Assembly (NCBI GenBank): GCA_020845475.1
Contig: JADLFN010000072.1
Coordinates: 2,849-66,848 of the forward strand
DNA: 64,000 nucleotides
Source: Planctomycetota bacterium
GTDB taxonomy: Bacteria > Planctomycetota > UBA8742 > UBA2392
Direction: 5' to 3'
The notes under the pieces are model-generated. The model had not been told where the DNA came from and did not search any database. It was given only the letters and a program-made list of their open reading frames with translations. The position numbers and the translations under genes are program-made. Numbering within the stretch: position 1 is the stretch's first letter; every line of letters starts with the position of its first letter. Positions 1-8,654 of the stretch are shown one piece after another.

Positions 1-137
1 AACACCGTTCGGTAGAGCCTGGACGTCTTTCACGCTGCCGACGTAGGTGTATTCGATACTCTCGTCAAACTCCCGTGTCTGCGCCCCCAACGGCGCGGCA
101 CAAACCACGAGAACGAAAACCGTTACTCGCAGAGATG

Positions 138-1214
138 TCAAACGGGCTCGCACCATAGTCGAAACACCACTCCGAACCAGTAGTTCAGGTCCACTTGCCA
201 ATCGATTTTCCACTTCGTCACCAAGTAGGTAACAGTATTTCCATTTGCGTCAGTTTCGGAGGAGTCGCGTTCCCCTGCCGGGTAGGGCGACGTCATTTTC
301 TTGATGGGATTCATGAACTGATAGAAGTAATAGAGCAGCCAAAGCTCATTATTGCAGTGCTCAAGGGGGCACGGCCAGCCGTCCTTGTCGATCTCAAGGG
401 CAACCGCTTCCCTCAAATCATCTTTCAGTTTGGACTGAGACTCATATCGAACGTTTGGCGTTCGTTCGTTGTAATCACGAATACTCGAAATGGCCTTGTC
501 GATTTCGTGGGACAATTGGCCGGCGCGCATCTGCGCCAAGTTCAGCGCGACGGCCGTCATGAATCCTTTGTCCGCTTCAAATCGCCCGTTCTTCTGCACG
601 ATTCGATAGGGCACCTTGACTTCAAACTCCTCATGGCCGTAGTTCTTCAAGGGCAGCATTACGACTGCCGAGAAAGTCCGGTCGAAGTCGCATCCTACGA
701 TGCTCTCCTTGGCAGGCTTGTTCGATTTCCAAGGCGGAAAGTACGTGCCAGGCCAATCCGCCTTTGGAGTGGGATCAGGCGGCGCTTCCGGATGGCCAAC
801 ACCCAGGAGGCTGGGGCTCCCGAAATCCGCGTCACTTGGCGCGAACATCTGGTCGAAAACTACAACGTCCGCTCTGCCGTTCAAACGATTGTCATCACTC
901 CGTGTGAACTGCTGAAGTTTTGGCCCGAACATCCAGGGCACTGCGTCAGCCAGGGTCATTTGCGGCTGAGGTGGGCGCGGCCCAAACAATTCGGGCGCCA
1001 TTTCCGCCAACGTGTACGAGCCGTTGGCATAGGAATTCCGGCCCACACGCAAACCGAGTCGCTCCGCAATTTCGCCGGATGCCGTCGTGGGCTCAGCACC
1101 GAATTGGGCGGGCGGCACGTCTGTCGTGAGCATCTGTCGCCGCGCCGCGTCAAAAACATCCGTGATGAACACCGGCTTGCCAAGCGGGAAACACCCTCTG
1201 CCGTGTTCGCCCAT
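138..1214 (-). CDS. hypothetical protein, no recognisable domain
   Basis: 358-aa ORF in track; high-GC codon bias; no motif recognised. Confidence 0.4.
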   Translation of the reverse strand: MGEHGRGCFPLGKPVFITDVFDAARRQMLTTDVPPAQFGAEPTTASGEIAERLGLRVGRNSYANGSYTLAEMAPELFGPRPPQPQMTLADAVPWMFGPKLQQFTRSDDNRLNGRADVVVFDQMFAPSDADFGSPSLLGVGHPEAPPDPTPKADWPGTYFPPWKSNKPAKESIVGCDFDRTFSAVVMLPLKNYGHEEFEVKVPYRIVQKNGRFEADKGFMTAVALNLAQMRAGQLSHEIDKAISSIRDYNERTPNVRYESQSKLKDDLREAVALEIDKDGWPCPLEHCNNELWLLYYFYQFMNPIKKMTSPYPAGERDSSETDANGNTVTYLVTKWKIDWQVDLNYWFGVVFRLWCEPV

Positions 1215-1346
1215 GATCGTCCTCGCTCAATACTGTCCCTTCTATGTTACCCAGTCACAGTCAACCGCGAAGTCAATTTCATACAAAGGTGCGGCACTGG
1301 TTCTTCTGATTAGTAAACCGACGTTGTCCGCACAGAGACGCAGCTT

Positions 1347-2534
1347 TCAACTCGTGCGTTTACGCGTCGCATTCGCCCGGCATCCGTCGAGCCACGCATA
1401 CAACCCCGCCATCTGTTGCGCGAAGTCGTGGGTATGGCCGTCGAGAGGGTTTTTGAAGAATGGGGCGAGCTGGGCGAGCATGCCGCTTTCGTTGCGTTCC
1501 CAGGCCATGTTGGTTAGACGCACGAGGTCCAGCACGAGTGGCGCGGCCAGGGCGCTGTCGCAGCCTTGCCACGTAAAACTGAGCGTCATTTCGGTGCCGA
1601 GGAAGCCCTTGAAATGCACGAGGTCCCAAGCGGTTTTCCAGTCGCCCAGGCTCGGAACGTACTTGATGTCCGTCTGCACGTGGGCGTCACCGCCGAGCAT
1701 TTCGCGCAGCGCGACGTCCTTCTGGCGAATCTTGCTGTCCTTGGCAGCGGGTGCGTCGAGCGTCTTACCGTCGCTGTTGCCGAGAAAATTATTTCCAACC
1801 CAGCTCATCACACGCAGGTTGCGGGCGATGAACATCGGGCCGAGCACCGTCTTGAGCAAAGTTTCGCCGGTCTTGCCGTCCTTGCCCGCGTGCGGCAGGC
1901 GTGAGTCGCGCGCGATTTTTCTCAGCGCGGGGAGCTCGCTGGCCTGTGAAGGCGTGAAGTTGATAAACGCGCAGCCCTGGCGCAGCGCCGCCAGCGCGTT
2001 GAGAAACGTGTTCGTGCAGAAACCCGCGCCCGCCTTTCCAAGCGCGGCCATCAGCGCCTGCGGCGTATCAAATTCCGGCGTCTCGGCGAAGTGCGGCTCT
2101 GTTGAACTCACGTTGACTACGATCAGGCGTTCGAGCCCGTTCTCGCTACGGAAACGGGCGAGCCTTTCTTCGATGCGCGCCAGCTCTGCCAGATAGCCGC
2201 CCTTGGGCAGCGTGCCGTAAGCGAAACCCTCGATGCGCGCGATGCGCGCGTCCACTTCATCAAGCTGCGCCTTAAGCGGTTCCACAAGCTTGCTCGGGAA
2301 AATGCGAGACTCCCCCACTTCAGCCGCGCGCTGTTTCAAGGGCGTGCGTATGACATCGCACCCGCCCAGCACGAGATCATTCAGCAAAGGCAGCGGCAGG
2401 CCCCTGAACTCCGGGCCTTCCGTGACCATGCCCGTGGCGTCTGCGATGCCGCGCGAAATCGCGAGTGCGCCTACAATGGCGGTCACACCCACGTTGCCGC
2501 ACGCGCCGACCAGATACACACCTGTCTTGCTCAT
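1347..2534 (-). CDS. ino1: myo-inositol-1-phosphate synthase (inositol-3-phosphate synthase)
   Basis: N-term MSKTGVYLVGACGNVGVT Rossmann motif and overall similarity to bacterial/archaeal MIPS; start trimmed to internal Met (MSKTG). Confidence 0.8.
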   Translation of the reverse strand: MSKTGVYLVGACGNVGVTAIVGALAISRGIADATGMVTEGPEFRGLPLPLLNDLVLGGCDVIRTPLKQRAAEVGESRIFPSKLVEPLKAQLDEVDARIARIEGFAYGTLPKGGYLAELARIEERLARFRSENGLERLIVVNVSSTEPHFAETPEFDTPQALMAALGKAGAGFCTNTFLNALAALRQGCAFINFTPSQASELPALRKIARDSRLPHAGKDGKTGETLLKTVLGPMFIARNLRVMSWVGNNFLGNSDGKTLDAPAAKDSKIRQKDVALREMLGGDAHVQTDIKYVPSLGDWKTAWDLVHFKGFLGTEMTLSFTWQGCDSALAAPLVLDLVRLTNMAWERNESGMLAQLAPFFKNPLDGHTHDFAQQMAGLYAWLDGCRANATRKRTS

Positions 2535-2576
2535 ATCTGCCCCTTGTCCCCACACGGGCGACCCGTGGGATCGCCA

Positions 2577-3641
2577 CTACCGGCCCTGCTTGAGTTTTGC
2601 CAGCGCTTCCGCCGCCGCCTGCGCCAGTTCGCGCCGTGCCGCGCTCTGGTCGGACAATGCCGCGCGCGTGTCATCAAAACGTCGGGCATCGTAATCAGGT
2701 GCTGCCTGTAAGTCGTTGTGGCGGCTTTCGCCGGGCTTCGCGTCGCCGCCGCCATCCGTTGGCGAAGAGCTTCTGCCCTTGCTCTCTATCGCCTCTGCAC
2801 GGGCACCCGCCGCCGCTGCAGCAGCTTCCAGTGTTGCAGCAAGTGCCTCGCGCTCGGTTCTGGATGCAGGCACCGCTTGCGGAATCTCGCCGGGAAGCGC
2901 CTTGCCCGCGTTGGCGGCTTCTGCGCGCGCATTGTCGAGACTTTGCTGGCGCTCCGAATCAGCCTTGCTTTCGTCGCGAAGGTCGTTTGCGGCTTTGCTC
3001 AAGGCGTCCTGTTGACGCCGCTCACCCATGGCTTGCTCAAAAGCCGCGACGTCCGCCGCCGCGGGCGCGCTCTGCCTTGAAACCCGATTCGGCTCGGAAA
3101 GGGGCGCGACTGAAACTGCAGAGCCGCCAACGGGCAGACCGGCACTGGCCACCCACAAAACGACGGCTATCAACGCCAAGATGGGCGCCGCAATCAAATG
3201 CCTGGTTGAAACGGCGTCAGACAGACTCAGGGCAGTTGCACCGGAAACAGCCAGCCGCGCCGCGCGCAACACCGGAACCGAGAAATCGCTCTCCATGCTC
3301 AACCCGACCGCAGTGGGCAAAGATCCGTCTGCACTACGCGACTTGCACACCAACGCGCAAACTTCTTCCGTGGGCCAGTGCCATCCTCTGCAACTGCGAA
3401 TCATGCCCCAGACAGCACCGGCGGCGCCCGCCAATCCACAAGCGAAGCCCCCCACGCCTGAGGAATGACCCCACAGAATCCAGGGCAATAAACACGCAAA
3501 GATAAGCGCGACCAACACGCCAATCGCCGCAAACAGCACTGCATGGGCCGCGACGCGCATTGCCTGCCGCGCCACCAACGTGCGCCGCAGCGGCGCCAGC
3601 TCTCGGCTGAGTTCGAGTCTGAGTTGGACGGCGCTTTCCAC
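2577..3641 (-). CDS. membrane protein with several TM helices and Ala/Glu/Arg-rich low-complexity C-terminal half; hypothetical
   Basis: hydrophobic segments in N-terminal half, charged low-complexity tail; 2 nt from next gene. Confidence 0.45.
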   Translation of the reverse strand: MESAVQLRLELSRELAPLRRTLVARQAMRVAAHAVLFAAIGVLVALIFACLLPWILWGHSSGVGGFACGLAGAAGAVWGMIRSCRGWHWPTEEVCALVCKSRSADGSLPTAVGLSMESDFSVPVLRAARLAVSGATALSLSDAVSTRHLIAAPILALIAVVLWVASAGLPVGGSAVSVAPLSEPNRVSRQSAPAAADVAAFEQAMGERRQQDALSKAANDLRDESKADSERQQSLDNARAEAANAGKALPGEIPQAVPASRTEREALAATLEAAAAAAGARAEAIESKGRSSSPTDGGGDAKPGESRHNDLQAAPDYDARRFDDTRAALSDQSAARRELAQAAAEALAKLKQGR

Positions 3642-3643
3642 GT

Positions 3644-4414
3644 TTATCTCTCCGGCTCGAAAACGAGAACAACAGCTGAACCGGCCTGCGGCCTGCCCGG
3701 CGCGTTGGGATTGGGTTCATAGACATCGCTCATCGAGCCATGTTCGTGGCGATTATCAATGATGCAGCTTGCGTCATGCCAGACCGCTGCCAAGTTGCCG
3801 TACTGATCTGCCGAAACAACGCTGCGATTGAGTTCCGGCAGATACTGCTCCTGGCCGCCGGTGAAGACAAACATGCCCGGGGCCGGCGAGGCATTGGTGA
3901 TGCCGTTGAGCAGCCAGTCCTCCACGCGCACCATGGCTTCCTTTCCGTTGTCAGAACGCGTAAAGCGCACACTGATTCGCACGATGTCGCCCTGGGGCGT
4001 CTCGCGATAGCCGCGTCCCGAGAAATGCTCCTTCGCTTCCTTGAGGCCGACGATCTCCAGGCCGCGCTTGATGTGTTCAGCGCGCGCAGTGACAGTGAAC
4101 AACGCTTCGTGCGCAGAGCCGCCAGGCCCGACGATCAGGAACTCAAGGGGCCGACTCTGGCCCCCCAGCACGCGGGCGTCCACCTCCACTCGCTTCAACG
4201 ACGGAAACACCTTAACCCCACCCTCAAAGCTGATGTAGTCGTCGCTCTGGGGTGGGATTTCCATGGTGTGCGACGGCGCCGCCATGTTGGATCGGGCGTT
4301 GGCATGAGCCGGGCCGCCTCCGCGTGGAGGCGGCACATCGCTCGCCTTGCAGCCGGTGATCCACACCAAGGCCATGGCCGTCAGCGTCAATAGAGCATGT
4401 CTCATCGTATGCAA
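3644..4414 (-). CDS. putative lipoprotein (signal peptide, lipobox LVWITGC)
   Basis: N-term MALVWITGCKAS lipobox-like; no catalytic motif recognised. Confidence 0.5.
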   Translation of the reverse strand: MHTMRHALLTLTAMALVWITGCKASDVPPPRGGGPAHANARSNMAAPSHTMEIPPQSDDYISFEGGVKVFPSLKRVEVDARVLGGQSRPLEFLIVGPGGSAHEALFTVTARAEHIKRGLEIVGLKEAKEHFSGRGYRETPQGDIVRISVRFTRSDNGKEAMVRVEDWLLNGITNASPAPGMFVFTGGQEQYLPELNRSVVSADQYGNLAAVWHDASCIIDNRHEHGSMSDVYEPNPNAPGRPQAGSAVVLVFEPER

Positions 4415-4477
4415 GTACCTTTCCTCTGATCCTTATGACGGATTCTAGGCGAAAAAGTGGTGCCGAATACCCGCCGT

Positions 4478-5095
4478 TCAGCGCCTGAAAGCCTCGCGCG
4501 CATCAGCGAACTTGAACGTGACGTTGTACGCGCCCTCTCCGCGCTTCTTCCTATCGACGTTAATGGCGTTAGCGGCGTCGATTGCGAGCGACACAAAGGC
4601 CCACGGGGCCGTGCCTGATCTCGCACCCAAGGTCGCGTCCTTGGCAAAGCTGATTTCAAGTTTGTCAATCGTTGCGCCGCTTTGTGCGATGTACGAGAGG
4701 CACGCCTCTTTCAAGGCGGCATGCGTGCGGGCATAGATTTCGTGCTTGCGCGCAACCTCTGACGGCCCGTCCTGGTCCAGTGGCAGCAGTTCCGTCAGCG
4801 CCACCTGGGAATTGGCGACTGCTTTCCTTCCGCGCGCGCTGATTCCGATCGCGAATTGGCCCTGCGCGGCATCGGCGTCCCACTGGCAGTAAATCGTGAG
4901 CTGTTCCTGCGGCGCCGGCGGCTGGTCGGGTCGAAATCCTTCAGTCGTACTCAAATGAGGCTCAAAGCGGCGCTCTTCCTGCTTGAAGCGCGTGCAAACG
5001 ATGAAGAAGATGAGCAACTGAAACACACAGTCGATCATCGGCGTCATGTCAAAGCTGGGCAGGTTCGGGGCGCGGCGTCTCCGGTTTCTCGACAT
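4478..5095 (-). CDS. exbD: ExbD/TolR family biopolymer transport protein (paralog 3)
   Basis: PSFDMTPMIDCVFQLLIFFIV matches ExbD/TolR N-terminal TM signature; start trimmed to MSRNRRRR. Confidence 0.8.
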   Translation of the reverse strand: MSRNRRRRAPNLPSFDMTPMIDCVFQLLIFFIVCTRFKQEERRFEPHLSTTEGFRPDQPPAPQEQLTIYCQWDADAAQGQFAIGISARGRKAVANSQVALTELLPLDQDGPSEVARKHEIYARTHAALKEACLSYIAQSGATIDKLEISFAKDATLGARSGTAPWAFVSLAIDAANAINVDRKKRGEGAYNVTFKFADAREAFRR

Positions 5096-5207
5096 GGGAA
5101 TCTCCTTAAGAGTTTCCCCGGGATGCGCCTGCAAACGACGCGCTAAGGCACAGGTTCAATAGAAAAGCGCGGCCAGAATTGGCCGCGCCTTTGAAACGGG
5201 TTTGGAC

Positions 5208-5846
5208 TTACTTGCCGCCACCACCAGGCTTGGCGCCGGCATAGGCACCGCGAGCGTCCGAGAACTTGAATGTGACGCTCAATTCAGGCTGGCCCGCAGC
5301 CTTGCGCTTGGCGTTGATTTCAACGGAAGCGTCGATGGCAAGAGACACAAACATCCAGGGTGCAGTGCCGGAGCTTGCGCCGGAACGGGCGTCCTTGGCA
5401 AAGCTGATCTCGAGCTTCTCGATTTTGGCGCCGCTATCCTTGATGTACTGCTCGACTTTGGAGACCAGTGCGCCGTGCACTGAGCGATAGCGCTCCTTCT
5501 TTTCAGCAACGCCGCCCACGCCGTCTTTGTCGAACACGACGAGTTCCAGCAAGCCCATGCGCGAGTTCTCAACCACTTTGCGGCCGCGCGCGCCAATGGC
5601 CACGACGTACTGGTTGGTATTGTCGGCCTCGTTCCAGTCACAGTAGATCGTGATCTGTTCCTTGGGCACGGCGGGCGCTGTGCTCAGACCTTCATCAGTG
5701 GGCAAGTCGGCGCGCATGTTGCGCTCTTCTTGCTTGAAGCGCGTGCACACGATGAAAAAGATGAGCAACTGGAACACGCAATCGATCATGGGCGTCATGT
5801 CGAATGACGGCATGCTGTCCTTGCGTTTTCTCTTCTTGAGGGCCAT
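5208..5846 (-). CDS. exbD: ExbD/TolR family biopolymer transport protein (paralog 2)
   Basis: same FDMTPMIDCVFQLLIFFIVCT TM motif; divergent periplasmic domain. Confidence 0.8.
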   Translation of the reverse strand: MALKKRKRKDSMPSFDMTPMIDCVFQLLIFFIVCTRFKQEERNMRADLPTDEGLSTAPAVPKEQITIYCDWNEADNTNQYVVAIGARGRKVVENSRMGLLELVVFDKDGVGGVAEKKERYRSVHGALVSKVEQYIKDSGAKIEKLEISFAKDARSGASSGTAPWMFVSLAIDASVEINAKRKAAGQPELSVTFKFSDARGAYAGAKPGGGGK

Positions 5847-5857
5847 GTTCGCTCCGG

Positions 5858-6364
5858 TTACTGCGCCATGTCTTTGAGGACGTACACCTTGATCTTGTAC
5901 ATGCGAACTTCGACCATCAGTTCAATCAGCTGCGCGAAGTGACCTGCGGGACAACGCGCATCAACGCGAACCGCAATCAGGTTCTCGCTGCGGTTGTTTG
6001 CTTCACTCCAGCCTTCCAACTTGCGTGAAGGATCAACACGGCGCGCTTCCTGGCCCAGGATGGACTTCATTTCGTCGGGCGATTTGGGTGCCGGGTGCCC
6101 GTAGCAGAACCAGCCAAAATCCTTGGGCAGGTCTTCGTAGGCTCCCTGGTTAGCCGGCGCAATGTGAATGGTGAAAAGCTTCGGCGCCTGCTTGTCATCC
6201 TCGCTCGCCGAAATTGCGTCCGGCAGGCGCAGTGAAACGTTCTCCTGCTGCGTGATCTGCGTGCACACGATGAAAAAGATCAGCAACTGAAACACGCAGT
6301 CGATCATTGGCGTCATGTCAAAGCCAATAGGTGCGTTTTCAGTTTTCTTTCGATTCAGGGCCAT
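5858..6364 (-). CDS. exbD: ExbD/TolR family biopolymer transport protein (paralog 1)
   Basis: same TM motif, shorter periplasmic domain. Confidence 0.8.
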   Translation of the reverse strand: MALNRKKTENAPIGFDMTPMIDCVFQLLIFFIVCTQITQQENVSLRLPDAISASEDDKQAPKLFTIHIAPANQGAYEDLPKDFGWFCYGHPAPKSPDEMKSILGQEARRVDPSRKLEGWSEANNRSENLIAVRVDARCPAGHFAQLIELMVEVRMYKIKVYVLKDMAQ

Positions 6365-6419
6365 GGGCCACTCCCGTTCGGGCGTGGGGCGGGTGTTTCC
6401 CGCCCCACATAAACCTCAA

Positions 6420-7166
6420 TTAGCCCTGCTGCTGAGCCGCGTAGCCCGCGATCGTCTCGAGCATTTCGTCCACCACGAGCGACACGGAATTGACGATGTC
6501 ATTCGCGCGGTTCTTGAAGAACCAGTACGCGACAATGCCGGGAATCGCGATAACCAGGCCCACGACCGTTGACAGCAACGCCAGTGCGATACCGCCCGAA
6601 ACCATTTTCGGGTTGACCTGACCACCGGGCGCGTTCTCAATCGTCGCGAACGTATCCACCATGCCTGTCACCGTGCCGAACAGACCCATCATCGGGCCAA
6701 TGGCCACACAAACCGTGATTGGACCCAAATGGCGATCCAGCTTGTCTCCCTCGATACTGAACTGGAAACTTGCGGCGTCTTTGACCGCCGAGGGGCCGCT
6801 CTGAACCTTGTTCAAGCCCGCGCCGATGGTGCGGGTGAGCATGTTGGGCGCGCTCTCGCAGTACTGCAGCGCACCTTCAAGGTCGCCTTCATCGATGTAG
6901 TTCTGAAGCGCGGCAATGGTTTCTGGAGCGACCAGCTTGTCGCGGCGGACATTCACGAAACATTCAATGATCCAGCCGAACAGGAAGATTGAGGTCAGGA
7001 TGATCAGCGACTGCGTCAAAATTCCGAACCAGCCCGAGGGGATGCCGAGCAGTTTCTCGCCCAACGAGTAGCTCGGCGGATCTTCCGCGAAAAGGGCGGG
7101 CGCCAACACCGCCGCAAAGCCGAACGCAACAATCGTCAGCAACGCGTTTTTGTGCTTCAGGAACAT
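6420..7166 (-). CDS. exbB: MotA/TolQ/ExbB proton-channel family protein
   Basis: three TM helices, conserved C-terminal region (GIALALLSTVVGLVIAIPGIVAYWFFKNR) typical of ExbB/TolQ; immediately upstream of the three exbD genes. Confidence 0.85.
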   Translation of the reverse strand: MFLKHKNALLTIVAFGFAAVLAPALFAEDPPSYSLGEKLLGIPSGWFGILTQSLIILTSIFLFGWIIECFVNVRRDKLVAPETIAALQNYIDEGDLEGALQYCESAPNMLTRTIGAGLNKVQSGPSAVKDAASFQFSIEGDKLDRHLGPITVCVAIGPMMGLFGTVTGMVDTFATIENAPGGQVNPKMVSGGIALALLSTVVGLVIAIPGIVAYWFFKNRANDIVNSVSLVVDEMLETIAGYAAQQQG

Positions 7167-7291
7167 GTTTGCCTCTCAGGCAGGGTTTGAAAATGCGCCG
7201 GCTACGCACGCCGAAGCCGGAATCAAGTCAGGGTTAATCAGCTAAACGGGCGGCCCGAAGCGGGGTTCAAAAAATTCCCTTTGGCGATGCG

Positions 7292-8638
7292 CTACTTGAC
7301 CGTCTTGTAGGTGTCGATCAACTTCGTGATTTCCGGCAAAACAGAGCTGTTCGCCGCCTTGGTGCTGCCAAGCGTTGTGCGCAGCTCAAGCAGGTAAATT
7401 TCTCCCGCCATTGCATGCCTCGCGGCAGCGTCCTTTTCCTTGGTTCCCTTGGCCATCTCAGCGCAGGCCTTGGCGGCACCCAACAAAGCCTGACCACGGA
7501 ACTCGGCATCACCGGCGAACATGCCAATGGAGTTGGCAAAATACCGCAGGGCACCGGCCCACTCAGCGGCGGTCTTGGCGTTGCTGGCGGCAACCATGCC
7601 CAAGCCCAGATAACAGCCCGCAACTTCAAATGAACTGTCGGCGGTAATCCAGTTGTTCTTGGGCTGGTTCTTGTAGTCCTTTTGCTCGTTTTCCCATTCA
7701 CGAATGGGGCCCGAGAAACGGCCCTGGGCACCGCTTGCGTTGCCTTCCTCGATCATCAGCAATCCCACTTTGAGATTGGCTTCAATCGTCTCGCGGCTTT
7801 TCTTGCCGCCCGCGCGCAGCAGGGCCACGTCAGCGAGCTTGACATAAACCTCGCGCGTGCGCTTTGCGACGTCTTTTCGCTCGCCCTGCGAATTCTCGGC
7901 CACGGCGGCCGCTGCCTTGAGCGCGCGCAGGGCCCAATCGTAGTAGTTATACTTGCTCGACTTCTTGGCCAGGCTTGTTGTCAGTTCAACGAGCTTGTCG
8001 TAACCCTTTTTTGCGCCCTCTTCGGCACTGCCGGCGCGCACGTAGGATTCACCCAAACCCTCAAGTGCGTCAAGGTAGAGGCGGTGCAACAAACCGGCTT
8101 CTGCCACTTTGTTGCCCGTGGGCGAGTCAAACGCAACGCCCTTGACGAAGTTCTTGGGATTCCCCGCCTTGCCCTCGCCTTCTTTGGCCTGTGCTTCGCA
8201 CTCTTTGAGGTACTCAAGAAACGAAGACGCAGCGTCAGCGCTGCCCTGAAGAAGCTTTCCGCGGGCAACGTAATACAACGCTGTCAGCTTGATGCGGCGC
8301 TTGTCATCGTCTTCGAAATCTTTGCCGGGGTCGGAAACGTAGATGCCGGCGTCCTTTTCCAACACGTCGCCGCGACCGCTCAGTAGCTTCTTTGACAGGC
8401 TGTTGAACTGATCCATGCCCTTGTACGAATAGCGAACCTGGTCCACATCCCAGATTTCGATGCGAGTGCCGGATTGCTTGGCCGCGTCTTTCCATTCAAT
8501 GCCCGAAAGCGTCTCGGCATCGAGGGACTTGAAGGCCACTGCGTTTCCGTCTTTCTTGGCGACGGAGCCCTCCGGCCGTGCCGCGAACAGTGCCGGAGCC
8601 AGCAGAATCAGCGAAGCAAGCGTGAAGTAGCGAATCAT
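7292..8638 (-). CDS. secreted alpha-helical (TPR-like) repeat protein
   Basis: signal peptide MIRYFTLASLILLAPALFAA; helical repeat composition. Confidence 0.55.
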   Translation of the reverse strand: MIRYFTLASLILLAPALFAARPEGSVAKKDGNAVAFKSLDAETLSGIEWKDAAKQSGTRIEIWDVDQVRYSYKGMDQFNSLSKKLLSGRGDVLEKDAGIYVSDPGKDFEDDDKRRIKLTALYYVARGKLLQGSADAASSFLEYLKECEAQAKEGEGKAGNPKNFVKGVAFDSPTGNKVAEAGLLHRLYLDALEGLGESYVRAGSAEEGAKKGYDKLVELTTSLAKKSSKYNYYDWALRALKAAAAVAENSQGERKDVAKRTREVYVKLADVALLRAGGKKSRETIEANLKVGLLMIEEGNASGAQGRFSGPIREWENEQKDYKNQPKNNWITADSSFEVAGCYLGLGMVAASNAKTAAEWAGALRYFANSIGMFAGDAEFRGQALLGAAKACAEMAKGTKEKDAAARHAMAGEIYLLELRTTLGSTKAANSSVLPEITKLIDTYKTVK

Positions 8639-8654
8639 GGCTGTTCCCTTCCCC

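Noticed and set aside
195-1313. 372-aa plus-strand ORF
   Set aside because: Antisense to the better-supported minus-strand ORF 138..1214; Arg/Ala-rich composition typical of reverse-frame translation in high-GC DNA.
1087-2196. 369-aa plus-strand ORF overlapping ino1
   Set aside because: Entirely antisense to the inositol-1-phosphate synthase gene, which has clear family similarity.
2597-3505. 302-aa plus-strand Pro/Arg-rich ORF
   Set aside because: Antisense to the membrane-protein ORF 2577..3641; low-complexity reverse-frame artefact.
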